Part shown: positions 53,411 to 64,000 of the stretch, one piece after another
Numbering within the stretch: the stretch's first letter is position 1
Layout: every line of letters begins with the position of its first letter
Origin: Octopus bimaculoides
Taxonomy: Eukaryota
DNA: 64,000 nt
Direction of reading: 5' to 3'
Assembly: GCF_001194135.2 (NCBI RefSeq)
Contig: NC_068987.1
Location: 107,757,274-107,821,273 of the forward strand
Position numbers and translations under genes: made by a program
Notes under the pieces: model-generated
Told to the model about the DNA's origin: nothing
Seen by the model: the letters and a program-made list of their open reading frames with translations, nothing else
Databases searched by the model: none

Positions 53411-54904
53411 TGTTGTTTTTTAAGAGAGCATTTATGAAATAGTCCATCCGTGACCATCATGCATTCATTTCTCCCTTAACGTTTTTGTTTTGGTGATATT
53501 CAGTTAAATGCGTCCTTCCTTGGTCATAAGAAATTATCAATTTCCTGTGATTTGAAGTTGTAATCATTAACTACAAGTAAAGTGCTTGTCCAGAAATTTC
53601 ATCAAAAGCCTTTCACTTTCACTTCTGATAATTTGTAAACCCCAAATTACCTTGTTTAATACGCCCTTCCATTTTTAAGTCGTTTTGATGTGATTTGAAT
53701 TATTTCTTGCGTATTACTAGCAAACGGGAACTACCAAAATCTCCATCGTCAGCTCGACTCATTAGATAGTCGTATATTGAAAGCATGGGCTAGTTTTTTG
53801 CTGTTGCTGTTGTTGTTGTTGCTGTTGTTGTTGTTGTTGTTGTTGCTGCTATTGCTGCTGCTGCTGCTTGTGTTGTTGTTGTTGTTTTTCAGCTACCCCA
53901 GTTCTGAATGGGCAGCCGTATTACTAAAGCTGTATATAAATATAAAGATGGATCAAAAACGCAATAGAGTACAATAAAACATTCGGTCATATAGACGATG
54001 CAAGGTGGACAAAAGAAACAACAATTAGAAGGACAGGCAATTCTTTCCTCGGTCCAGTCTCAGAAGTCACGACCGTTTCGGGCAGTTACACTTGAGACGG
54101 TTCGATCTGGTTGCCCCCCAAAACGTCTAAGCTAAGAACATTAGACCCCGTTGTAAGAAAGCTAGCGAATGTGTACGGCAACAAAGAGAAAAAAAAACGG
54201 AGAATATAGTGCACAAAAAGACGTAAAATGGAGGACAAACCACAAAAAAATAACAACAGGTGTCTTTCAACCTGGCCATCTCGTAGGCTCATTAGCTAGG
54301 CTACTTTGTCCATTATTGTACCCATTTATTCTAAGACAATTTCTTGGAGATTTGGCTACTATTTTTAGCATATTGACTGACAATGCAAATTGTTGTTTCT
54401 TAGGTCCGTCTTGATATTGTTCTTGCTACTGGATTTCTGTTTTGTGTGTTACTGCTTTTGATGAGCCCGAATTACATCGTCACTTTATATGTCAAGAACT
54501 AGATGTGTCCTTTCTTTAATATGTTAAGTCGTGATTTAAGGAATTTTTAATGGTATTTTAATGGTATTTTTAATGGTATTTTCAGCAACACGTGCAGCCC
54601 AGTATAGTCTTCTTCGTTGCTGTTTTTGTCATCGCTGGAAGGTGTTGGTGTTTTTGGCGGTGGTTATAATTCTGGCGGCCATGGTGGTGGTTACGTGTGT
54701 TATGCTAATCCTGTTGTTGGTGCAGTTATATAATCAGTGGTCGGGAATTGATACTGGTATTGTTTTGGTCAATGTTTCTATGATTTGTAGCTGCTGTGAT
54801 AATTTCAGTTTTTGCTGCTGTTGTTTTTGTTGTTATGATTGTTTTTTGTAGCTGTTGCTGTTTCTCCCCCTTCAGATTATTGACTGAGCTAAAAATAAAA
54901 ATAA

Positions 54905-55290
54905 AAATCCCCGTAACTGACGTTCCAATCGAAAAAATCCATTTCTTCTTTCTGAAATATTGTCGAAAGGACTACATTATCCAATTTCAAGGTCTCGTCC
55001 CGTTTTGGATCCTTTTGGAGTAAGGTGAAGTTAATATTGATGATATCAGAAGTAGTGTCGAAGTTGCTGATAGTGCAATATCCTGAAACCCCATTTTAGT
55101 TCTGATAAAGGAATTATACAAGGCCGAAATAGTTGACCAAGCGATTATGGTCCACCCACAACATGTTTCTTCTAATTGAATTATATTCAGCGATCTCCAA
55201 AGTGAAGAATATACACCACGACTCATCAGATATGAAGCGTAAGGAAAGCTAGGTCACAGCATGCGCATGCTCTATTCACTTGATCGTTAA
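54905..55290 (-). mobile_element. Tc1-like transposase DDE relic
   Basis: One minus frame reads SDES (55219-55230), RRNMLWV (cf. VMVWG), GLV*FL..N..GYC (cf. GLVF..MN..Y), FTLLQKD (cf. FQQDN) and MDFFDWNVSYGD (54907-54945; cf. VLDWPxxSPD), in canonical order and spacing. Confidence 0.6.
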
Positions 55291-56107
55291 ATCTATTTCC
55301 GGACGCCCGTTGTTGTTAATATAATCACAAAGCCAATACTGGAAATTATTACTTGGCCACACATGTTTACCGTTCTAGTTATACCAAAATCACCTTTCAT
55401 TCTGTAAATTCTTATATTGGAAATAATGGATGTGGTTATGCTGAGGTCAATGAGAAGGCGAAACTTCCATTCCCTCTGCAATTAATATTGACGGTTTTCG
55501 TCCTAGCAACGTGAAGGGCTGCTATGAGGTGACCCGGTGTGGTTTTCATGCTGCACCCATATATATGTGTAGCTGTTTTTTTTTTGTAATCGTTATCTGT
55601 GTTGAGTGAAAAATTAAATGCTTTTCAGATGATTTTGTTGCAGGTTCTGCATTGATAATACGACTATGTTTCTTAGGAAATTCTGTTCCTTGTAGTGATA
55701 TAAAATGTCTGTGTAATATTTGCGGTAGATATAAACTGTGCCTTTTGTATTACCGGGTAGCCATTGACTTTCAGTATTCTTGTTTCGTTGCGTAGTGCAC
55801 TGGAAGATATTATTTTAAACTGTCTTGTTAATTTTTTGCAAGATTGAGGGCCCACACGGGACTGACTTCCATAAAATTACCAGAATAAGAAGTGAAACTA
55901 CCAAAATATTTATGGAGAAGGTGATAACAAACAGATTCAAAAGGAGGCAGAAAAGGTATCTGTTGTTTTCACGGATATATATGAATCTTTCTGTTAATCT
56001 TACAAATTCATGTTTGTGCGTCTGCCAGTCTGATTTTCTCTTTCTCTCCCCCCTCTCTCTGTATCTCTATCACTTTCTGTCTGTCTATATATCTATCTAT
56101 CTATCTA

Positions 56108-56155
<48 letters not shown>

Positions 56156-56363
56156 NNNNNNNNNNNNNNNNNNNNNNNNNNNNNNNNNNNNNNNNNNNNN
56201 TATATATATATATATATCGATTTATCTATCTAACAATCATACTACATTCTGACATACATATATCGCGATATAAACCTTCAGTTTCTAACATAATATGCCT
56301 ATATGTGGGTGTATGTATCTATGCAAGTACGTATAATATATATATATATATCCATTCATACTT

Positions 56364-56407
<44 letters not shown>

Positions 56408-56655
56408 TTGTACGAATATATATTTAATTTAAACACACACAAACGCACGCTCGCGCGCACACGCACCGACACACACACATGACGACGCGATCGTGCGTGC
56501 ACGCACACACACACATACACATACGCATATATATACTCCACTCAGTTATCATTATTCATCAACTCCTCGCATCAATCTCTCTATTCCTTCCCATACATAT
56601 GTACCCTTTTTCTGCCTTCACGCTCTCTCCCCTCAACACGCACACATACACACAG

Positions 56656-56714
<59 letters not shown>

Positions 56715-57884
56715 ATATATATCTTGACTACACCGCAATAGTCAAGAAAGAAGAACAGTCTTGTGAATACATATCAATTTACCCGAATCATGATTCCTGA
56801 TTCAGCCATCTTGTAACGTGAAATATGTCATCACAAGCATAACTAAAAGAGGTGAGTGACGTCACCTTAGTATGATTTGTACAACGTGGTGACAGGTTCA
56901 AGATAATCTGAGTGCGCTATCAGCATTTTTCAATTAAAGCCATCTGCCTTTTCAGTTCGGAACCAATTTCGCCCACCCATCAAATTGTGCTATATAATTC
57001 ATGTCAGGTTATATATGTTTTTATGCCTCTTTGTCGATTTTTCTGCAGAAGTCGGTCAGGGTAGAAGTTTTAGGAAGATACCTTCTATGTGTATGTGTAA
57101 GTGTATGTGTGTATATGTATACGTATATCTGCCTACATATATAATTACAGAAATACATACACACTCGTACGTATGTATGTATGTATGTATGTATGTATGT
57201 ATGTATGTATGTATGCATGCATGTATGTATGTATGTATGTATGTATGTATGTGTGTATGTATGTGTGTGTGTGTGAGTATATGTATGTGTACGTATGTGT
57301 GGTACGTATGTGCTTGTGTTTGATTTGTTGGAAACTTGAGTGTGTTCTGGTGTTTTTATATTCTAATTTTTATATATTCATAAAAATTAAGAGTTCTTTG
57401 AAATTTTGGATTGGGAGAAAAGCAATAGTGTTTCTAGAATGGAAGTCAAAGTTTCTAACCTTCCATAGCAGTCATTTTCAGGTAGAAATGATGTTTGCGG
57501 ATGTTACTGCTTTCTTATAGTAAATAGACACTAATAATATACTACACAAATATTAAAAATACATCGCTTCTTATTTATAAATGATCATTCAAAAAAGCTT
57601 TTACGAATAAACAAAGTGATTTATATGTTCGTCTGGATGTATGGAAGTTGTAAATTATAGCTTTAATATTTTCATAGATGTACCACGCATTCACGCTGGT
57701 CCATTAAACACCTATAACTAGGAGGAATTGTAATTGATGCATCAAGCAATACCAATCAACAACGAACACGATTTTATACGTGGTAAAATTTTTCTAGACC
57801 ACAAAAATATAGGGTAAGTGATGGATGGATACCGCAGGACCTGGCAAAATTAAAAGACACAAAGAATAGTTACACACAAAAATG

Positions 57885-58266
57885 TTTGTTGTCACTCCGT
57901 CACTTACGACGTTGAGGGTTCCAGTTGATCCGATCAACGGAACAGCTTGCTCGTGAAATTAACGTGCAAATGGCTGAGCACTCCACAGACACGTATACCC
58001 TTAACGTAGTTCTCGGGGAGATTCAGTGTGACACAGTGTGACAAAGCTGACCCTTTGAATTACAGGCACAACAGAAACAGGAAGTAAGAGTGAGAGAAAG
58101 TTGAGGTGAAAGAGTACAGCAGGGTTCGCCACCATTCCCTGCCGGAGCCTCGTGGAACTTTAGGTGTTTTCGCTCAATAAACACTCACAACGCCCGGTCT
58201 GGGAATCGAAACCGCGATCCTATGACTGCGAGTCCGCTGCCCTAACCCCTGGGCCATTGCGCCCCC
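57885..58266 (-). mobile_element. Full-length tRNA-derived SINE (head A + tail 2), 382 bp, perfect 13-bp TSD
   Basis: ACACACAAAAATG occurs at 57872-57884 and 58267-58279. The minus-strand head is GGCGCAATGGCCCAGGGGTTAGGGCAGCGGACTCGC..GGTTTCGATTCCC. Confidence 0.95.
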
Positions 58267-59178
58267 ACACACAAAAATGAGATCATAAACAAAAATATGC
58301 AATTAATTGAAGGCGTATAAATCTGTTGTGGAGTGAGCTGACACCCCCGCACGTGACTGTCAGTGGACTGGACAATTCTTTTAAATAGGTGAACCAGTAA
58401 ACAGTTGAGGACTAAATGTGGGTGCGTTAGTCTCGTTATTGCTTCTGCGTTAGAGAATTAGATTGTTATTGTGCGAACGTTTAAAATAGTATAACCAACT
58501 CTGTTGCTTATTGTTAGACGGTTATCTTTGGTACGTCACATATCGTCACTGGCGATACAACAACATTTAACGCTCAAAAGTCAAATTCTGTTCGTGACTG
58601 TTATGTTGTCAGATTAATACTGACAAATTTCACGGGCGCTGACAATGGACCTTGTAGACATTACAACCAAAGCTGCTACTCACCTCAGCTTCTGGGGAAT
58701 ACCTTGCATGCCTTTCAACTCTGTCAGAGTCACCATCAATCACATAACAGGCAAATACGAAAATACTTCCAGTCACTTCAGACAAGTAATATCACTTAAG
58801 TCAAGAACATACCTTAAGCTCATCTTCAAACAATGCATCTCAAAGCAAGCCTTTATCCTTGCCACAAGTTTTACTGTTCATCTATGTCTATCTATCTGTC
58901 TGTCTATTTCTGTCTGTCTGTTCCTGTATGTCTCTCTTTCTCTCTCTCTCTCCCTCAGTCTCGCTCTCACCTTTGCTCTTTGTCTTTAGATATATTCCAA
59001 TAACTGGAAACACAACACAGTGTGTCACATCCCCAAGACGAGCCACAGCTCTGATGATTCTAACAAATATCATCCTACAGTTCTATACTTAAGAGATGAG
59101 GAATTATGTACGTTATTTACATTATTTACATTATTTACATTCGACGGATATTTGTCCTCATCTTGTTTGTTGTTAACA

Positions 59179-60000
59179 CAGATTAAAATAATAGATAGAG
59201 AACACCACTGGAAAATATGAAAACTAAAAGAAGCAGCACCTATGCTAGGGCACAACAACCTCCTAAGCAAACCGAGTGCAGATATGAGCAGCATATGGGA
59301 ACCCGTATTAAGGAAGGATAGAAAAATATTAGATTTATAAGCCCTAAAATTCACTGCATAATTNNNNNNNNNNNNNNNNNNNNNNNNNNNNNNNNNNNNN
59401 NNNNNNNNNNNNNNNNNNNNNNNNNNNNNNNNNNNNNNNNNNNNNNNNNNNNNNNNNNNNNNNNNNNNNNNNNNNNNNNNNNNNNNNNNNNNNNNNNNNN
59501 NNNNNNNNNNNNNNNNNNNNNNNNNNNNNNNNNNNNNNNNNNNNNNNNNNNNNNNNNNNNNNNNNNNNNNNNNNNNNNNNNNNNNNNNNNNNNNNNNNNN
59601 NNNNNNNNNNNNNNNNNNNNNNNNNNNNNNNNNNNNNNNNNNNNNNNNNNNNNNNNNNNNNNNNNNNNNNNNNNNNNNNNNNNNNNNNNNNNNNNNNNNN
59701 NNNNNNNNNNNNNNNNNNNNNNNNNNNNNNNNNNNNNNNNNNNNNNNNNNNNNNNNNNNNNNNNNNNNNNNNNNNNNNNNNNNNNNNNNNNNNNNNNNNN
59801 NNNNNNNNNNNNNNNNNNNNNNNNNNNNNNNNNNNNNNNNNNNNNNNNNNNNNNNNNNNNNNNNNNNNNNNNNNNNNNNNNNNNNNNNNNNNNNNNNNNN
59901 NNNNNNNNNNNCAGCAGACTGCACTCTAACTGGAATACGTACAAGGACCGCCTCGCTCGAATTAACACTTCAATTCGGCGACCTAATATGGTCAAAGATT
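59179..60000 (+). mobile_element. Penelope-like element 3' end, interrupted by gap 59364-59931
   Basis: 59179-59340 translates QIKIIDREHHWKI*KLKEAAPMLGHNNLLSKPSADMSSIWEPVLRK, which resembles the C-terminal end of a PLE GIY-YIG domain (I.D.E..W..RK.KEA.......L.R......IW.P). The sequence after the gap is assigned tentatively. Confidence 0.7.
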
Positions 60001-60059
60001 GAAAAAATAAAAAAAAGAATGAACTATGTATGTTTGTACGTGTCTGCGTCTGTGTCTAC

Positions 60060-60235
60060 AATAGACAGACAGACGGACGGATAGACAGACAGACAGACAG
60101 ACAGATAGATAGATAGATAGATCGATAGATAGATACATAGACAGATAGATAGATAGATAGATATATAGATAGATAGATAGATAGATAGATACATAGATAG
60201 ATAGATAGATGGACTGATAGATAGATTGATTGATA
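60060..60235. repeat. (GATA/GACA)n microsatellite
   Basis: Direct observation. Confidence 0.95.
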
Positions 60236-60602
60236 GGTGCGTGTATATATTTATGTATTCATATCAGGACGTATATGTACACATTTGTCATTGAGTGTAA
60301 CAAAACATCTAAGTGACTGTATATGTGCGTGTGTAAGTGCCTGCGTGTGTGTAGATGTGTAGTTTTGTGTGTGCAGGCGTGTGTTCGTTTGATAGCGAAA
60401 TTTACGTCAAACAAGCAAAATGCCAGCGCGTGAACTAACAAGTGTCAGTTTTAAATAACACATCGATTCAGGTTGTTAAATTCGATTGTGTCGTTAATTT
60501 TGGGACCATCTCATAGACCATGTTTCAAATTGGAAAGCGTATCTAGATATCACCTAAGCATGTACGGATGCACGCACACACGCACACGCGCGCATACACA
60601 CA

Positions 60603-60640
<38 letters not shown>

Positions 60641-60814
60641 ATAAACGCATACTATTACATAGAGACACCTTCACTCGCAAATATACGGTGTCGTGCTCTC
60701 GTTTTATTTATTTATTAATTTATTTGTTTATTTATTTACTGTTTTCATGGTTTTCTATGACTAATGACATTCCAAATAGATTTAGCAACCGTTAGAAAAC
60801 AAACTACTACGACT

Positions 60815-60886
60815 ACTAACAACAAAAACAACAACAACAACAACACCAACAACAACAAAAACAACAACAACAACAACAACAATAAC

Positions 60887-60949
<63 letters not shown>

Positions 60950-60950
60950 T
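60815..60950. repeat. (AAC)n-(AAT)n microsatellite
   Basis: Direct observation. It gives the poly-N ORF 60764-61036. Confidence 0.97.
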
Positions 60951-61300
60951 ACAAGAACAACTGCATTTTCCAGTCAGTAAAATTCCCATATCTTCTTATT
61001 AATTTTTTAATGCATTCTCTAATGTGTTTTCCTTAATTTATTTAGAAATTTGAAAATACATTTCAGCGCTTTTCAATTTGATAAATTGAAATATCAAGCA
61101 ATTAGAGATCAAGTCGTTCTTTAATCTTGATTTTGATTTTTGTCTTTTTTTCTTTTAACGAAGGTTCTTCAACAAATGTTCAACCAACAGTCGCATGCAC
61201 TTTACTGTGTCTAAGTTGCTGTTGTGATATTGTGACGGATGACATTCCACCTACGACCGTCTCATAATTGTATGAGTGTTCAGGATTGCATTATCTAGAT

Positions 61301-61596
61301 CAGGGGTTTTCAAACAGTGGTCCGCGGACCACAGGGGGTCCACAAGGACAAGACAGGGGGTCCGTAGACAGCAAATATTTTTATGGGCAATTTGATTTTA
61401 TATATGTTTTTTTAATCGAAATCTTTTAATTGACAATAATCCTATTTGTTAAATACTGTTAAATAAATAAATGTAAAAATATATGTTATTTTAAGCAAAT
61501 ATTTACGTATAAATTTCAGAAGCGTTTATAAGGGGTCCGTAAGGTAAAGCCTGAAATATAAAGGGGTCCGCAAGTCAAAAAGTTTGAAAACCCTTG
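61301..61596. mobile_element. 296-bp hAT (Charlie-type) MITE
   Basis: TIRs are CAGGGGTTTTCAAAC and GTTTGAAAACCCTTG. The 8-bp flanks ATCTAGAT and ATCTAAAG match at 6/8 and fit the NTCTAGAN preference. GGGGTCCG repeats occur internally. Confidence 0.92.
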
Positions 61597-61626
61597 ATCT
61601 AAAGCACATATCTTTTTCTTTTATAT

Positions 61627-61960
61627 CGATTAGGTGTGATTGAAAGTGTTGTTTGGTTCCTCAACCTAGTTGTCCGTGTTGAACTCTGATGCAAGACTTT
61701 CCATTTGTGGTCACCCCTAATGTTTATATCTATTTATGACAACAATATGTAATGTATCCTTCCTTCTCTCTAAGTCAATTAGGTGTGGTTTGAAAAGTTA
61801 GCTACTCTTTCTAATAGATCGTGTAAGTGTGTTGAAACGTGACGAAAGCCTTCCCATCTATGCCCATCCCATATTTTTAAGAGTATTCAGGAGAACGCTA
61901 TCTATTGTGTCCATGCTTTTCATTAAATCAATTAGGTGTGATTCGAAGGATTATTCGGTA
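61627..61960. repeat. Degenerate tandem repeat, period about 149-153 bp
   Basis: ATTAGGTGTG.TT.GAA recurs at about 61629, 61778 and 61931. Units 1 and 2 align without gaps over 102 nt with 33 mismatches. Confidence 0.8.
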
Positions 61961-62299
61961 GCAGATCATGTGAAGCATTTTCCTTTTCATTTTGTGAAAT
62001 TTCTGTTATTTCGTAAGAGTTCTTCATTGTTACCCTCGATAGCCTCACAGTCTGAGATGTCTGTTCTATCTTGAGGCCAAAGATACAAAGGCAGATTCAC
62101 AGTTTGAAAAGCTTTCATCATGTTTGATCGATCAGAGACGATCGGGCCCTAAATATCTGTAACATTTACGAAATTATTCTAACAAAAAAAAGACAGGATG
62201 ATTCACACTTGCTCATTGGTCCGCTGGGTCGGGCCGGATTTTTGTTAAATTGAAACTAGATAAATAACAGCTACAAACGTCAAGCTTGGAATGTAGAAG

Positions 62300-62810
62300 A
62301 AACTCCACTCTAAGATAATGACGAAATAACTTAGACAAGAATATAATCAAGTCACTTTGTAAAAAGGTAATGTATGTTTTGATGAACATTTAGGTGCTAC
62401 ATCTTACAAGACAAGGTATGGCGTATATGATCCCGAGTTTAGAAGATATTTTCTGAAGCTGCAAGACTAATTGATTGAAGTCAAGAGTAACATAAATGCG
62501 AAAATATTTGGAGCTTGCAGATATGAGTGCTGACGTCAAATTATAAAATTGCGATGCATGATTTGATTGACAATTGAAGGCTGTCTTGCAGGAACAGCTG
62601 TCGCATGGATGCTCCTCAGTCTAGACTAGAAGACATTTTCCGAAGCTGCACAATTAAGTAATCAAAATCAAGAGTAAGGCGAAGATAATTGAAGTTTGCA
62701 GACAGGCGTGGGGGACGCTATATTGGAAAACAACGATGCATGATTTGACTGATATTTGGGTGCTATTTCTTACAGGTCTCGCTATGGCGTTAGATTCTCT
62801 TCAGTTTATC
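62300..62810. repeat. Degenerate tandem repeat, period about 182-187 bp
   Basis: TAGAAGA.ATTTTC.GAAGCTGCA at 62440 and 62627; CGATGCATGATTTGA at 62552 and 62734; GGTGCTA..TCTTACA.G..TATGGCGT at about 62393 and 62759. Confidence 0.85.
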
Positions 62811-63674
62811 ACTGAATTTTCGGATGAACTACTTATTCATTGCCTTAGATACTAGAAGAATTACTTGTTTATTTGTTAAATCAATTGTGTCATTGTTTAA
62901 TTGTTTCTTTGATATTCTGTTTATAGATATGTTTGATCAACTCATGAAGTTGATATATATTAGATATGACAGAAACATAGTTACTTGTTTCTTTGATAAT
63001 CGGAACTAGATATAGAAACGTGTGTGTATGTTTGTTTGTTTGAGTGTGTTTGTGTGTGTATTTGTGTGTATGTGCATGCGTGTGTGTGTCTTAGCGAGCG
63101 TAGTCACAACCCACTACACATAGATAGAAATATTCCATCACAGCAGGATTACACACGCTTACGATCATTTGATTTCACACAGCACACACGTATCTAAACG
63201 TACGAGCGGGTGAATGCGTCCCAGTGTGTACATATGCTTGTATGTGTATATAATTGTATGTGCGTATACACACACACATTTTATGCACATTTGTACATAC
63301 ACGCTCACGTACATATAAGGATAGTTATAATAAACGATACATATACATAGCCGTGACACAGGCTTACAAGATAAAGAAATAATTATCTCCGTAGGTAAAC
63401 AAAAGTTAACACCGCTACACGCATACATACAAACACACGTATGCATATATTCGTGTATATGTGTGCGTCTATCGGTATATATTTGTGTATGTGCGTATGT
63501 GCGTGCGTTTGTGTGTGTGTGTGCCTGTATAATGTTTGTATGCGTGTGCATGCATTTATATTTCTGTAGGAAGGAATCTGTTTACATAATAGAATATGAA
63601 TAAATTTAGATGTATATATTTTAATAGATAAAAGTATTTATATTAAAAGAAACATTTGTTCCGCTTCCTCTATC

Positions 63675-63680
63675 TTTCTG

Positions 63681-63734
<54 letters not shown>

Positions 63735-63782
63735 TCTCTCTCTTTCTCTCTCTTCTCCCTCTCTCTCACCCCTCTCTCTCTC
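63675..63782. repeat. (TC)n microsatellite
   Basis: Direct observation. Confidence 0.95.
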
Positions 63783-63948
63783 AGTGTATACGTGTGTCTC
63801 GGTGTCTGTACACTTCAATTTGTTTTTGTTAGAGATGCATTGTGAGATATTAAAATATGTATGTATTCGTGTATCAATGCATGTATATATACGTATAATT
63901 CAACACACACACACATACACACATGCACACGGCGCGCTCACGCTTAAG

Positions 63949-64000
<52 letters not shown>

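Noticed and set aside
58195-58266. tRNA-like sequences (also at about 19.4, 23.2 and 1.3 kb)
   Set aside because: They have A and B boxes but no complete cloverleaf, and they continue into SINE bodies with tails and TSDs. They are SINE heads, not tRNA genes.
58684-58790. Strong minus-strand donor GAG|GTGAGT with an upstream open frame (..YVIDGDSDRVERHARYSPEAE)
   Set aside because: There is no convincing acceptor and no recognisable protein. Isolated donors are expected by chance.
61640-62140. Initial reading as an RTE reverse-transcriptase fragment (DLMKSMDTID...LKNMG.DGK)
   Set aside because: The segment is one unit of a 150-bp tandem repeat, which a single-copy RT domain would not be, and no YADD-type motif is present.
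62925-62937. AGATATGTTTGAT matches the start of miR-190
   Set aside because: Only 13 nt match, the 3' part diverges, and there is no precursor-type hairpin.

Overview
Eukaryotic, AT-rich, repeat-dominated DNA. It is almost certainly an octopus scaffold; this is an inference from the tRNA-derived SINE families and the extreme microsatellite load. About 23 N-gaps are present, nearly all flanked by simple repeats. I can support no intact host protein-coding exon, RNA gene or CRISPR array. The long ORFs in the supplied track are N-runs, microsatellites or transposon relics. What the sequence does support: (1) decayed transposase and retroelement relics, namely a near-complete Mutator (FLYWCH + DDE), hAT, pogo, mariner, Tc1, R4/Dong-type RLE LINEs, an RTE LINE and a Penelope-like element; (2) MITEs with TIRs and target duplications; (3) a non-autonomous Helitron with diagnostic ends, a second copy, and a second Helitron-like family; (4) several tRNA-derived SINE families, two copies with 13-bp TSDs; (5) many microsatellites. 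The most unusual items are an RLE LINE with twin-priming-like inversion geometry, SINEs with swapped heads and tails, microsatellite-carrying Helitrons, and two unexplained degenerate tandem arrays (about 150 and 185 bp periods) at 61.6-62.8 kb. I found no convincing novel protein-coding system. Family assignments come from manual translation and remembered family motifs, not database searches.
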